Positions 1-14,200 of a stretch of 64,000 nucleotides of DNA are shown one piece after another. The notes under the pieces are model-generated. The model saw only the letters and a program-made list of their open reading frames with translations. It made no database searches and had not been told where the DNA came from. The position numbers and the translations under genes are program-made. Source of the stretch: Ramazzottius varieornatus (taxonomy: Eukaryota > Animalia > Tardigrada). The stretch is from assembly GCA_001949185.1 (NCBI GenBank), contig BDGG01000001.1, positions 9,244,464 to 9,308,463 on the forward strand, written 5' to 3'. Each line of letters begins with the position of its first letter. Position 1 is the first letter of the stretch.

Positions 1-2142
1 CGTCCCAGCACAAGCCGAGGCATACGATGCCCAGCAGTAACGATACTTGGCTAACTGACATTGCTGCACTTGACAAATATTCGGAAGAAGAAAGGAGTAC
101 GCGATAAACCAACAGTGTGCGAAGGAAGCCCGGAATATGAATGCTCTTCTAAAGCGGCTTCAGTGCTGGTGCCAAAACTCTAAATGCTGTGACAATTTTA
201 GAGCCAGGTTCCTCGAACAAGGGAGGTTCTTGAAAAATTGGTTTCCTGGGAACACTAGTGACGTAATATTAAACTTTCCCGGTGAAGGTAAATGTTCAGG
301 TTTAGAGAGATGACTTTGACCAGTCAGCCGCGCGCACAGGGTCCGAGTGATTCTAGCACGGTCAACCGAAAAATGGCCCCCGCTGCGTACGAAAGCACGC
401 GGCTGACGCTGGTGGATTTGTGTTGAATGTGAAGTGTTGATTGATACTGTACTATGAAGTGCTGTATTCAGCCTGACGTTGAAGGAAGGCTGAATATAGC
501 AGAAGCGAGCACAAAGGCCAACGAACGGCTAAACTAAAATTAAACCGGTGATAGAAAGGTGGTGTAACAGCAGCCGGTTTGACTTTGCTCTTCACGTGGA
601 AGACTACCAAGAAAGTTGAGGCAGTTCTTGGCAAAGGACGGATGTGGTCATGCAGACAGCGCGCATCACGCGTTCTTCGTGTATACAGCAAACTGAGCAA
701 AGTACTTTCTACACAGGAAGTCTTCTGTTTTCAAGACCGAGAATGTACTTTGTTGCCGACTCAAAGTTAAACAGCAACAGCTGATTTGCAACATTTCCAG
801 CTCTGCTCACAGCATCACGCCGCATTGCCGCGTTTCCCGAAGGACCATGAATGGCCTGTTTGTGATTTCCTGATCGCGGAAGTGTGTCCCTGACCGGGAA
901 AGGATCTGCATCTGGAGGAGGGAGATGCATGTGAGGAAGCCGGAATTTCTACCCAGAGTATCGAAAAGTCAGCTGGAAGTGGCGGACTGCACGGAAGTGC
1001 CCTTCATCATCAATGCCGATCGCAGTCATGCTCTACGGAGCATGCGTTCGGTCTCACTAGCTGGCCCTGAGCATCCCGAACTGATGACCAAGCTCCTTTC
1101 TCGACGACAGAGTCTCTATGTGCCACCTCTCCAGTTCGGTGACTTGGGTCGGGACTTCCATCCCAGTACAAACAGCAGTCCGCCACCTGATCGCAAGCCA
1201 ACGCCGTCCTAATGAATTAATTCCTTTCTTATAAGACGCACTGAAGAGCAGACATGATCTTTTCGATTCTGTTATAATTGTACTGTACAGAGTTCCTGAT
1301 ATTCGGACATTTATGAGAGATTTCGTCAGCTAGCTGTACACTAGCTGTACTGCGTAGGTGGTGTCGTTGCTTGACCTTTTTGTGGGAAACTGGCTGCGTG
1401 TATGGTGTTTTCTGCAACCTTCCATTTCGCAATTGTAGAATTGTAGATTAACATTTGATTTATTATTACCTGTACAAACGTTACAAAGCTGATTTTACGC
1501 AAGAGCTTTCACGGACAGTTCATAGTCTAGAAAGATAAGAAATAAAAAAAGGAGCGTTACTCAGAAATTGTGCTGTAGAAAGATTGGTCCTGATTAACTG
1601 GCAAAAGTCAGAAAAAGAGAAAAAGAGAAACGTACAAAAAGAGCAGATTCCAAGAGTCATGAAAGGCCAGCCAAGAGTGTGGCCACATGATGTAATACAA
1701 GGAAACAGAGTGTTCAACCAGGAAGGAACACATGACAGCACACAGCATAATCTAGTCGGATATTTGGATATATAGTCACAAATACGTGTATTGTAGTAGG
1801 AGGAACCGGGTTGAGTGGCGTCACCATCTTGCATACAGTCTTCAATCACCGGTGGGCTTGGTCCACGGGTTGCTGGTCAGATATCGACATATCCGCAGAG
1901 AATCAAAAAGATCCGCACAAATTGAGCAGGAAAAGGAGAGAGAGAGGAAAACACAGGACTATATCCAATTACAACCAACAAGAACGTCAAAGAAGGCGAA
2001 AGAGGAGAAATGATGAAGATGATTATGGGTGGGTGAATGCTTGTGAAGGTAATGCTGTCATGTATACTTATGATGGGAAATGACTGTATGATATAACGTA
2101 TACAAGGAAGAAGAGTGAGGCTGGTAGGGTAGTGTGTCGGTT

Positions 2143-5100
2143 TCAGCTGTTGAGGAGGAAAGGAACATAGAACATTTTGTTTTGTAGAAGTTTGGCAGCG
2201 GCCAGCTGGATTTGGGGGTTGAGGTTGAGGAGAAGATGGAGGCGTTGCTGGGCTTGGCGGCCATGCTGGCGGACCAGGTAGCACATGAGGGCGTTCATGT
2301 ACTGTTGCTGGTAGAGGCGGAAGGCCGGTGCGCCGTCCTGCAGCATGATGAGAACCTTGAGGGCCACGTACTCTTCGGCCGACAGGTTGATGTCGCGCAG
2401 GTGGCGCATGAAGGAGATGAGTTGGCGCAGCATGTCACCAATCTCCCGCTCCAGCTCCTCGTACTCCACTTCGCGACCCAACAGGCGGCGCAGGTAAAAC
2501 TGCAGGTGCAGCAGGCTGTCGTGAATGTCCTCCTTGAGGCTCTTGTCACCGGGACTCAAGACTGTGCTGGGCTTGGGCGAGTCGGCCGGGCTGGTCGACG
2601 GTGGCGCCGCCATAATCAGCGTCACTTCCGCATCGCTCTCTGCAAGCACATAGTATAGGCATTAACTTTCCGTCCCTCATGGACCTTTACTGAGGGCAAC
2701 ACCAAGGCCAGCTCAAATAAATGGGTTAGCCCCAAGGCTTAAACGGTCACATTTAGAGAGGAAAGGCTAAGCATCTATCTCCTCAGCAGCAGTTAGTACT
2801 GGGCCTTGAGTTGGATGGGCAAAGTCACCTTTGATTGTGGGAACCTGCTTGCTGTCTTGGCCGCCATTCTCTTTTCTGGCTGTATCGTCGGAGGAGTCGC
2901 TGTTGGGACTGTGGGTACTGCCTCGGGAATCTAGTCGATGGCGGTAACGAGTCAGCAGCGTCTGATGGCGGTCGCTGGTGGAAGTGGGCCCCTCACTGTC
3001 CTCCTCCAACTTGCGCTTGACACCGCGACGACGCTGGACGTTGAAGAAGCTGCAAGGACAATTGTGTAGACACAACCTATTACTACATGGACCAAGAACG
3101 TAAGTGGCGGTCATGGCGCAATCAAGCCTTGATAGAGCCGTTGGCCGACCTGCTGCCAGCAACATGCTGAGGCAGGCCATGAGAAGAGGAAGCCATGGCT
3201 CAACCAAGGAAGGACAGGGCCAAAGTGACAATCAAGTGTGGCATTCATGACCATTACCTGGTGGATAAGAGGAGGATGAGGTGCCAGCGGTGGGTCAGCA
3301 GTGACGTCAGCAGACCAATGGGCAGAGTGGAGAGGTAGGGTAGGCGTTGCGTCCATTCCACCAGCTTGATGACCATGCGGTCGCCCATCTTGCGCAGGCG
3401 CTCCGGCAGCTCAATGTTGGTGTCGGAGAAGAAGTTGTCCATGCTCTTTAGCGTGGCCACATCCTCCAGCTGGTCCAGCTCAATCAGCCTGCTCAAGAGC
3501 TGAATGTCTTCTGCAAAGCCAGAGAAAAGACGTCAGACGATGGCTTCAATCATGACAAGAAGAGCGAGCCGAGGGCCTTTACAATACCTGGTCCGTTCAG
3601 CATGTCAAGAGCGGTGTCGGCAGGCAGGCTGTCACTTTTGTGTAGAGTAGGTGCAGTGTGACAGTTGGCAGTGGGTGTGGGAGAGGACAGAGGAAGTAGA
3701 GCTTTGGCTTGGGGTGAGGAGCCTCGCCCATCGTTGTGGCTGGACTTGCTCTCCGAGTGGCAGCGCTCCTGCTGCTTGTTGGGCGGTGTCAGGCCTTGTT
3801 GTTGGCTTGTGTTGTTCTTGCGTTTGCGCGAGCGATACTTGACTTTATAGAGGTTGTAGACGGCGCCGCTGTTGCGTCCACCCGGCATGCGGTCTTCACG
3901 GACAGCGGCCAGCACCATACCCTGCTTCAGACACTTTTGGAAGCGGCAGTACTGGCAACGGTTGCGCTGCGTCTTGGTGATCTCGCAGCCACCGCTGGCC
4001 ACACAGGTGTAGACCCGCTTGTTCTGCACTGTCCGCTTGAAGAAACCTTTGCACCTGTAACAACATGGACTAGAGTCATCTCTGCTGAGCCAACATGTTG
4101 CTGATACTGACCCTTCGCAGGTGATGATGCCATAGTGCAAACCGGTGGCCTTGTCGCCACAAATCATGCAAATCATCGGTCCGTCCATGGCAGCAACTTG
4201 TCCTCCTTCCTCCCCTTCACCGCCTTCCAGTGACATCTCGCTGCCAAAGTCACTCTTCACACTGGCTGTCGAGCTGCTGGAAGGCAGAAGGCGCCTTCGG
4301 GCTGTGCTGCAGCTACTGCGCAGACTTTGCTGTGGGCTCTGTCGACCACTGGCCATCGTCAAGTTGACTGGTCCTTCTTCCCGCCCTCCCTGATGGAGGC
4401 TTCCACCTTCCGTCTTATTACCGTAACCTTCCATCACCGCTCTCGGTTGCACCAAACATCTGCAAGACACCAAGGCTTTTCACAAGAGCGCATAAAGGGT
4501 GACGACTGCCCCTCCCCGGACGCACTCATTTCATGGCGCCATTCCTCTACCAAAGTCCCGCTGAGCTTTGCGCCGGCCACTAAGCAGACTGGCCCTTGGT
4601 AGAAGAAGAGGCCAAATAAGCCTTAACAGTTCAAAGTAATAGCCTATGGGTACCTGTAGAGGATGTTGCCGACAAAGTGTGTGGCGGCATTGACATTGGC
4701 CATCATGGCGTTACTTCCGCCCGCGGCAGCGACATTGAGCCTGGCTGGTGTGCGCATCATTTCAGGCGGAAAGTGTTGAGGATAGATGGTGGGGTAGTAG
4801 GCCATAGTCTTGGCTCGCAAGAGTTGGGCATGCCTCAAGACGTCAAAGTTGGGCTGTGAAGAGGTGACGGAAGGATGGGCTGGCTGGCAGGAGGTGGGTG
4901 AGGACAGCAACGAGTCGCAGTCGGAGCGGGTAGGGCTGATGTCTAGGGGAGAGTCCACCTGCCGATGGTGGTGCTGATACTTGGGCGGACGAGGCGAGGA
5001 GGCCGGCGACTCCGACTGCTCCGAATCGGAGGAGCAGGTGGCGCTGTAGCCCGAATCCTTGGCCCCGCCCTCCGGCCTCCCCTCTGACGTCACTGCAGAC

Positions 5101-5159
5101 ACGCCCCCTTCCGCACCAGCCTTTTGTCGTTTCAGCTTTAAATCGTAAAATAAACTCAT
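2143..5159 (-). CDS. Hr4: Nuclear receptor HR4 / NR6A (GCNF family), multi-exon
   Basis: C4 zinc fingers [20 protein letters not shown]|[17 protein letters not shown]...[12 protein letters not shown], followed by the HR4-type extension [25 protein letters not shown]-terminal [13 protein letters not shown] resembles insect HR4 SLFQDLKLKRRK. The LBD ends [14 protein letters not shown] at 5159 has an in-frame TGA upstream. Confidence 0.95.
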
Positions 5160-5262
5160 CTTCTGGCTTTGGCTCTTTGGCGCTTTGGTCCTGTCCTTTC
5201 CAATCAAGTTTCCGCTTCACCACCACGTCACGGCCATTAGCCTCCAGACAGTGTCAAAGAAC

Positions 5263-8200
5263 CTATCAACAGCAAGAAAGATTTAGTACTGTGCTGATAT
5301 ACAGAGGGGGCTTTTTATCCTGTCCTATGGCAAACTTGATGAGCTTTCTGCCTTGAATTTATGAATGATGAACAGTTGACCAATATTTCTGAAAGGCTGC
5401 CGGAGAAAAGTGAGAGCGTGTTGATGCGCGGAAAGAAGGAGAGTTCAAGTCAGACAGATTAGACAAGAAGGCGTTGCATGGCGTAATAGCGCCTATAAAG
5501 AGACCGAGATTACGATGGCGCCACAACGTCCTAACAGACATTTTTCCCCCCAAAAGTGGGTCAAGCGAAAGCCAAGAACAAGTCGTTCAACAGTCTCTGC
5601 CCCAAATATGACACAAGACGCTGTCGAATATTGCGCCAACGTCAAGCGTCAGCACCCAGCTGCTGATACACCACAGATGGTAGCGCACTATGAGCAAAGA
5701 TCCACCACAACTTTGTGGAACAAGTTGCGCCCAAGAAATCAAGCTTGTGGAAGATGCCTCAAGCATCATGAGGCATTTACAGTGAAATAAGGGCAGAGGC
5801 GCATGACAGAGATGAGGCCTTAGCAGAAAGACATGATGTGATGGGGCAAAGCTGCTGGATGAAGGTGAGTATATAACCAGAATAGGTCGACGGTGGCGAT
5901 GCCCATCGGTGGGGTTCGAGCTGGTCTTTTCTAGGTCGTCCCTGATTAAGACATGATTAGCATATAGGCGGCAGAGAAGAAGAGGCAAGGACCAAGTGGC
6001 TGCCATGACCGTCTAGTAGGTCCTCTCTTGAGCCACAGCCAAAAAGTTCGGCGCGATAAAAGGCAATGTGCTGCAGTTATCAGCCATAGAGAGAAACGAG
6101 GCCTATTCTAATGTGCGATGGCATCAAGGGCAAAGGCAGGGCCCTAGTCGGACGAAACATGGCTTTGTTGCGATAACAGCCCATGCTGTAAGCCCTCTTT
6201 CCGCCTATACATGACGTCACTGCCCTTCCCGTTATCCCTTCGCCCTCCTCGTCGTCAACACAAACACCTTTGTCCTTCCAATCATGGCCAAATAAGCCCT
6301 GATGCCAATCGCTCCCTTTCCACGGCTGGCTGAAGGCCATGCGCTCACCAACAGCTGCAGCCTCGACAACACTTCCGGCAACAATCTACTGTATAGGAGG
6401 CAAGAGTCGACCTTGAACCTCGCTTCTCCTAGCAGAAACCTCACCCCTTTCCAGCCTCACAGAATTGACCCACTCTTCTCCCATCAAGACCCAATTAGTT
6501 ACAAGGTTTCACAGTAGACACATCTTGACAACAACATCTGCCGCTCTCTTACCCACTCCGCCTTCATATCCCTTCCCACATCACTTAGTCCTGTCCATTA
6601 ACATCAATTCCATACACACAGCATGGACAAGTTGATGCCTTGTGCGTATAAGGCAAAAGGTTATCTGTAGCGGTATATGAAGAGCGTCAGGCTAAGAATA
6701 ATGATAACTTGACAATGAGATGTGGCGCAAGTAGCTAATTAAGCAGTTAGACTATGGATAAAAATGAGAAAAGAGGATGAAGCGGCGCCATGGATGTATG
6801 GTTGGTCGCTGCATGAGGAGGAAGAGAAGGCAGGCCTGAAGGTTTCCTTGCCTATAGCTGTGTGTTGGGGAGGTTACGATGGAAGCTGAGGGTACTAGGC
6901 CGATTACGACAACGTACAAGTTCGTTGACCAGGCTGTGTGCAAAGGAGAGATGCCAACAAGTGCGAAAGCAGCGACATTGCACTTGTTTCCATCAGCATC
7001 ACATAAGGCTCCTTCCTCATGTAAGATGTTGGCTTCACCTTAGCACCAAGGCAGTTTGCTCGATGGCAGCTAGGCAAGACCTTGGCTTTCCTAGGATGGA
7101 CACACTACACACTACGCTCTACACACTGGCTCAACTGTGGGGAACGTCTGTCTCAATAAAGCCATATGATTGGACATGTGTAATCAGCCGACCGCCACAA
7201 AATGCTGCAAAGAGTCTTATTACGTCCTGGCCAGCTCGTTGTGATGCAACAAGCGGCTATACCTCTCTGCCGCGCTCTCTTGTCCGATGGCTCTCTCTAT
7301 CTACGTACTACACACTAAGCGCAACTTGACTGAGCTCATGCACTTGAAGACATTACCCACCACCATTTAGCCTCATCCTTCCTACCGCCCTCAATGACGT
7401 CACTGCCACCCCCACAGTCCCCTGGAAGCCTGCTTTGCTGTAGGACTTTGAGGCAGTGGCCGATAACGTCCAAGTGGCAGAGCGGCCATTGACGATCAGC
7501 TACCTTCTATAGACCAATGGCCAGCTCTAGGCCCGCAACTGTCCTCTTATCAAAGCGCCAGTGGCCGACCACCTACCTACCCAGGGAGCTTTCCCAATTG
7601 TCCCTGGCCTGATAGGCAGCCGCAAGTAGCTGGCATTCCTAGGCAGTGGACAAGCCACTTGGGGGGTGATGAAGAAAGTGATCATGAAAAACATTGGGGG
7701 GTTACTCTTGAGACACGATTGGCACATGGCTGGAGATGTTACATGAGGCAGCCATGAGGAGACAGCAGCTTATCACCAGTATATTATGACTTGTTGTTGA
7801 TTGCTGAGAGGGTAAAGTAGCCGAGCTCGACGACCCTGGCTGGCCGACCAATCATTGACTCGCTGGCTGGCTGGCTCTTCCCCCTCACGCACAACATGTA
7901 AACATGGCCATGCCGTTCTCTTGTCAGTGTGCCGACCGCAAGTAACGACGCAACTGCAAACTTGTAAAGGCTAGTAGCTGCACAGTCATTACGCCAAGAG
8001 CCAGCTACCAGCCATCAGTTGAGTTAGTGGGCCCATCGAACGAGCCAGCCAGCGAAAGTGACTTTGATCAGCGTAACTCTTGACCTTAGTTCCGTCCTTT
8101 CCTTCCTCTACACAGCCAAAAGTCTCTCACGAACGAGCCTGCGGCTAGGCATAACACCTAAGTTATTATCGCTAAGCGCACATCCGACACCTGCAACATA

Positions 8201-11200
8201 ACATAGACAAGTCCCTCTATACTATCTAGGAACCTTCACACCTAGTAGACAGACATGCCCATGCCGCAACAAGACTTGGGCCCTGCAGGCAGTCGACCAT
8301 GCACGACATAATACAGATTATTATCAATAATCATCCACCTCCACAAGTGAAACTATCGATTGGCCGCAATAGTCATCAGCTGGCCCCCTAAACAGTCCAA
8401 GGCAAAGCACAAGGACCTCTCCAAGAATGGAACTGCTCCCCCAGCTACAAGCCAACTTGTCCAATGCGCACCACCCAAGTCAATCTTTCGCTCATGGCAA
8501 ATTCATAGACTGGTCTTTTGATAAGCCATACACAAGTTACCAAAAGTCCGCCCTTTTTACAGTTGAAATTGACAGCCCCATCAAAGACTTTGCTAAGGCA
8601 ATACTACCATAAGCTTACCGCGTAGCGATACCAAGCAAAGGCTATTCCAGTGAGGGGCAGCTGTACCCAAGTAGTTGCACACCGGCCAAAGAGCTGCAAC
8701 AGCAGATGAAGGGAGGGTTGCCGCTGACCAGTCCACTACACCCTCCTTGGCAGCCACAAAAACAATGTCCAAGAAAGAGCGACTAAAACCAGACAAGACC
8801 TCTGTCGATGGCTGTGGAGACAGTCATATAGGAGAGGAGATGGACTTTAATCAGCAAGGAATAATAATAATCATATCGGACAGAAAGCCTGCTGTACTGC
8901 ACTTGACAAGTGAAGCAAGCAGCTTCTTGCCTGTTATGCAGCAAAAGCTTCCTTCCTTAGCCTACGGTCGAAGGTCCTCCCTCCCTCGCACCTTCTCCAC
9001 TGTCCGTTGGGCCCAAAACATGCTATACTATACATGTGTCCGTATCGTCAAGAGTGGCCGATGGATGGTCCATCGCTTGGCGTCATCGGACGACCTTGCT
9101 GGACGGCATATTATCACTATACTGTGCTCATACTGTACTCTGCCAAGCTTCAGCAACGTATACAGCCGACGGCCTGACATAACAGCTGACTTTGCTTCTA
9201 TATGGCTGGCCCTGTCCCTGTCCCTGTCCGCCATGGCACTTGAGTGAGCGACCCACACAGACGATTGATGTGGTGCTTGACGAGTTGACTTGCTTCCTTC
9301 CGCTCGTCCGTTGCGCCAGGGACGATCGTCTCTTCGTCCATTGCCGCACAAAGAGAGGCAGCCAATGCTCTCTCTTCTCCTATTACGGCCCCCCGTTCCA
9401 CCGACTGTCCTCCTTAAGCTTGTTTGTTTGTGTGGTCACGGTCTAGCTGGATGGATGGCTGGCTGGCTTACAGGGCCGATGGCCGTTCGTGTCAACACGG
9501 AAGACGAGCGCCAGCGGTTATCAGAGCCGAGGTCTAGAGCGTCCATCCGCATATCCTATAGTGCTTCAAGAGGCAACCAGCGAACGGCCCTTACGTCACA
9601 ACGAGCTTGCTCTTGCACACATTACACAAACATTGACAACATACACACACACACACAGAGGCAGACGCAACAGGCTTATGACAAGTGCAAGACGTTGGCC
9701 ATCCATCCAGCCATCCTTTTGCTGACTTGTTCGCTCGATGGAACGAGCGAGCGACATTCTGCGCTCATCTCTGCCCCAACATCTTCATTGACGAACAAGA
9801 CCTACGCTAGGCCTTGCAGTATCATGCTCCATCAACAAGTCCGCTCATTGTCATCTGCCTTTCGCTCCAAGCGGCCAAGCCTTAGCCTTACCCTGCCCTG
9901 GCCTACATGGGACCTGTTGCCCACAGTACTGCCCACATGCAACCAGCAAGACAGTGCAGCGTATCGCAAGGTTGGCCATCTGCCCTTGGTCATACTAACA
10001 CCATCTCCAAGCTTTCTCACATGCACATCTCCAACATTGGCAAAGAGCAAGGCAAGCCTCTACCAGAACCTCTCCTGCCACCACAGCCTGAGAAGGCTGC
10101 AGAAGGTAGATGAGCAGTGGCTGTCGCTACGGTCAGAGTGAGCTGGGGCAAGCAACCTGCCAGCTCTTGACGACAGTCTATGGCCTATAGCCATGGACTA
10201 CTAAGCTGTACGGTCAAGCATGGAGGGGGCTCCACTGAGCCCTATTACGCTGCTATACACTGTCCCTCGCAACATCATCTCCTTCTCTACAGCTCCTCAA
10301 TTACACTCGAACATGTCCACCACATACTCTAGGCTGAACGCTGACATTGCTACACTGCAGAGCGCTCCTCGGCCAATGCTCCCATTTCAGCCATTACAGA
10401 GCATAGATCGAAACATAATGCTTACAGTTGGTCAGACAAGCCAACCTACAAGAAGCTGTCCTGGGGCTGCGCCCCCTCCGGAAGGTGGGCAGGAAGAAGC
10501 TGACTAGGCCAGATGCAATGACTATAGACCTCTTATCGGTTGCAGACGACGAGGTTGCCTGAGCTAGATCAAGAGTTAACAAGGCCAGCAGCAGGAAGAC
10601 GGCTTGCAGCAGCAGCACAGTGAAGGCTGTGCAGTGCCTGGCAGGTGAATGACTTGGGCGAGCTGTAGAGCCGATGCCAGTAAAGGCAGACATTGACGTT
10701 AGCTGGTTACATTGACCTTGAGGACAAGCATCTGCTCTAGCAGTAAAGTACGAGAGACAGGATGAGTTCAATCTATATCAGTCTGTCATGGCTAACACAT
10801 AGGGAAGCATCACTGTACTATATGGCCGGGTGAATAACCCTCCTAGCTCATAACCATAACATGACCGCAGGCCCAGACCTTCACTTCAGCCCCTGGCGGC
10901 TAATGCACCCATTGCACTGTAAAAGGCCCTAGCCAACACCGCCATTCAAGACATTCCTCAACAATAACACATCATCAGCCCACTAATTTCATATCCGACA
11001 ATTATCATTACAACAAGATGCAATAATATGTTCCCACAAGTGCCAACCAAGACCCTACACAGCCCACAACGTCATTGCTTACCAGGGCCGTAGCGGCCTG
11101 TATTGGATGTATCAAGACTGCACTGTGACGTCACCAGCTTGAGGCTGATGACAGTGCAAAACTGATGGCGATGCATGACGTAGTTGATGCAGCCAATACA

Positions 11201-14200
11201 GGCCGCTAGGGCTCTGTTGCTTGCCCTGGGTTCAAGCCCAACAAATGCTTGGCCTCTAACACTTTTGCAAAGGCCCAACTTGAAGACATCTCAAAGTCTG
11301 TTCCACAACAGTCATGCTAATGGCATAAGCATTGCCAGGGAAACAACGCCCAAAGGCAAGACTATGTAGCGCCAGTCAGCGGAAGGCAAGCGCAGACAGA
11401 AGAACTAGTCTCACCTCCATCGTCTGTGCTGGCTTCCTCCAACAATATGCCCAAAAGGTTGGGGAAGGCTGTATTATTCCACACAAATCCGTTGGCAAAA
11501 AGATGGAAAAGAGGTGCTGCTGCTGCCAGAGACAGTCACATCGTCCGGGGGTATGCACTGCACTATAATAGTGTATTTGGCCCCTTAACTTAAGCACAGC
11601 AGGTTCGTTATCAAAAGAGGTTAGTCAAACAGGCTGCACTCTCCGCCGACACCATTCCCCTAAATGGCAAGAGCCAAACTCAAGGTATATCCTCTCATCC
11701 CCGACACGGCTCATTCCTCAGCCAAAAGACATGCCAGTACAATCCTATTTTATTCCCCCATACGATAGAAGGGGATGACAGAGACTACCTTTGAACATTT
11801 GATATGTGGATGGAGGCGCAAGACATTGGGGTGGCTATAGTCACGTACTGGCATAACTGGGCATGGAGACGGTCAATGTTAAGACTAGAGGAAGTCTTGC
11901 GCGCTACATAGTGGCTGTAGGGCAAGGACTACGGCGCTACTAGCTGCACTAGCTGTACTGTACCGTACGGAGGGGGTATAGCGATCGTATGGAGCTATCG
12001 GCCATTGACACGGAAACAGCCTTGGCCTCTTCCTGCATTATACACTATTTGATCCAACATTAGGCCGCTCTCGACTCACTTGGGCCTCATAGCCAGCTAC
12101 CCCAACACAATCCATTTACATTAGCGCCTGATATAAGATATATCACTTCGCCTAAGCGCAGCCAGGCAAGCAAGGGAAGGAAGCCTATAGGGGCATGTTA
12201 GCACCAGCCATAGCAATAACATGTTCAAGATCACATTTCCGCTTTGATTTCCGACAACCCGACCCTCATATTCCGAGGCTAGGTGCAATGACACATAAGG
12301 CACAAAAATAACAAGGCACAACCCTTCTCCAAGTTCAGCATCACCTCCACCTTCCTATTAAGGACTTGGTCTACGGGATTAAGAAGCCAGCTGTCGATGG
12401 TCGGCTGGCCTAGCTGGCCATATTCGACAGCCAGAGATTACCATCCCATGCGCACCCCAAGGGCCCTCTTCTCATCCGCCTTAGGTCCAACAGCGGCTTG
12501 GTGGTCCGCCCAGGGGCCAACAGCGCCTGCTTGCTTAAGCGATGGTATGTTTTATGGAAACTAAGGCTGACGCTAGATGGGTGTAGAGGTTAATACTTTA
12601 AGCATCAAGTTCATGTTGGTGCAGGCTGTTTTGATGGTCAGTATTGTGGGCCTGTGAGTTGGCCGAGGTGGACGCACGGCGCTTGATGGTGGACGATTAA
12701 GGGGGGTTAAAGGAAATGGTCAGGGTTATGCAAATGTCAGTCACCCCGCTGAAGGCACTGACTGGTCAAAGGACATGTCCAGGCCTCGGCAGACCAGCTT
12801 CCTGCCATTCCACCACACAGACATGCACTCTCCATGCCCACTTGACCCTCACTTCAACTTAATTCTCTACTGTACCTCCTGTCCTGTATAATTATATGCA
12901 ACAGCCCAGGTGGCAGCACTGCTTTATATCAGCCCAAGATGGAAAGAATGAAAGCAAGTCTTCGTCTGGCTTCACTGATGAAAGCATATAAGAACTTAGT
13001 CTTATCGCTCTTTCAAGCTGCCCAATGTAGGCCAGTCAATCACCCTACTTTCCACCATTGCGCATTACACTCCACAACATGGCGCTACACAGTACACAGT
13101 ACAAGATCCAGCGGAAATTTGCCGCTGAGCAAAGTAAACCATGGCCCATTTATGTCCTCTATTCAATATATCAAGCACATGTAATATGCTTAACAGTAAT
13201 ATGATGTCGTGTGCTCGTTGCGGCAGGACTGGCCAAATAAACCTTTAAACAATTTTTGAAAATTGCCATATTGACTGGCGCCCCTTCACAAGTCACAAAA
13301 AAGCTCAAACTGTCCCTCTGCATCTTTGGCAAAAAGTGTCGCTGCTTTAGCAGGGGAAGGCTAAGAGTCGTTCAAGAAAGTATGTGGGGTGGTGAAGATG
13401 ATGGTCAAAAAGTCGGAGGAAATGTAGGTTAATAAGACCGTACCACATCGTTACTCATCTTGTCAGCCAGATTCAAACTGCCAAACTTTCTCTTTGGAAC
13501 AATCGACACTAGTTTCATCATCATTATCATCATCATCATCACTGATGTATAACTTGAAGAGCAAGAATGAAAGGTGAGGAGGGCTTGAAAGAGTCCAGTA
13601 CTGTGGCTCAAATGAGAGCCACTGAAGCCAGCGGCTCTCTAGCTGGCAAGTAAGAACTGCCAGCACGGTCTTGCTCCAAAGTATTGGTCAAGTTCAAACG
13701 GACATCTGGGACCACTGACAAAACTGGCCTTTGACACATTGGCCAATACAGGCCACGGCAGCAGAATAACCCTGATACACGTCGAAAGACTTGTCCCCAC
13801 CGGAGCTGTGCTATATGCATTTTGCAAGAGCTACACTTTGGATAGCCTTTGCTGAATTGGCCAAGTATTGATCTGATCAAGGGTGCGGTCATCTGTGGGA
13901 AGCGATGACAAGTTTGGACCAACTTGGACATCCAGATGAGAGCAAACGTCAGTAGGTAGAGGGTTTTTTTCTGGTCAAGCCTGGGCTAACTTGCTCCCAG
14001 GAAAGGTCGGAAGGAACAGAGTACTAATGTCTATATAGCGGCTTAGATGCCATCTCTCGTGGTTGACGAATGAGGTCGACACTGACATTCGACACATGGC
14101 TCACCATTCAATGTTCTAGCTCACACACAGGCAACAACTCCCCTTCAAACATCGATTTCTTGTTCAGCAACCGCCGATTTGGATCATGAGAAAAAACAAA

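Noticed and set aside
452-1212. Possible terminal exons of a plus-strand gene ending at 1212
   Set aside because: Some acceptor-like sites and a 95-aa ORF, but no recognisable homology or consistent phase.
8675-10771. Long ORFs (190, 283 and 125 aa) in the HR4 upstream region
   Set aside because: Non-ATG starts, low-information Ser/Leu/Arg composition, no domain and no exon chain; consistent with chance ORFs.
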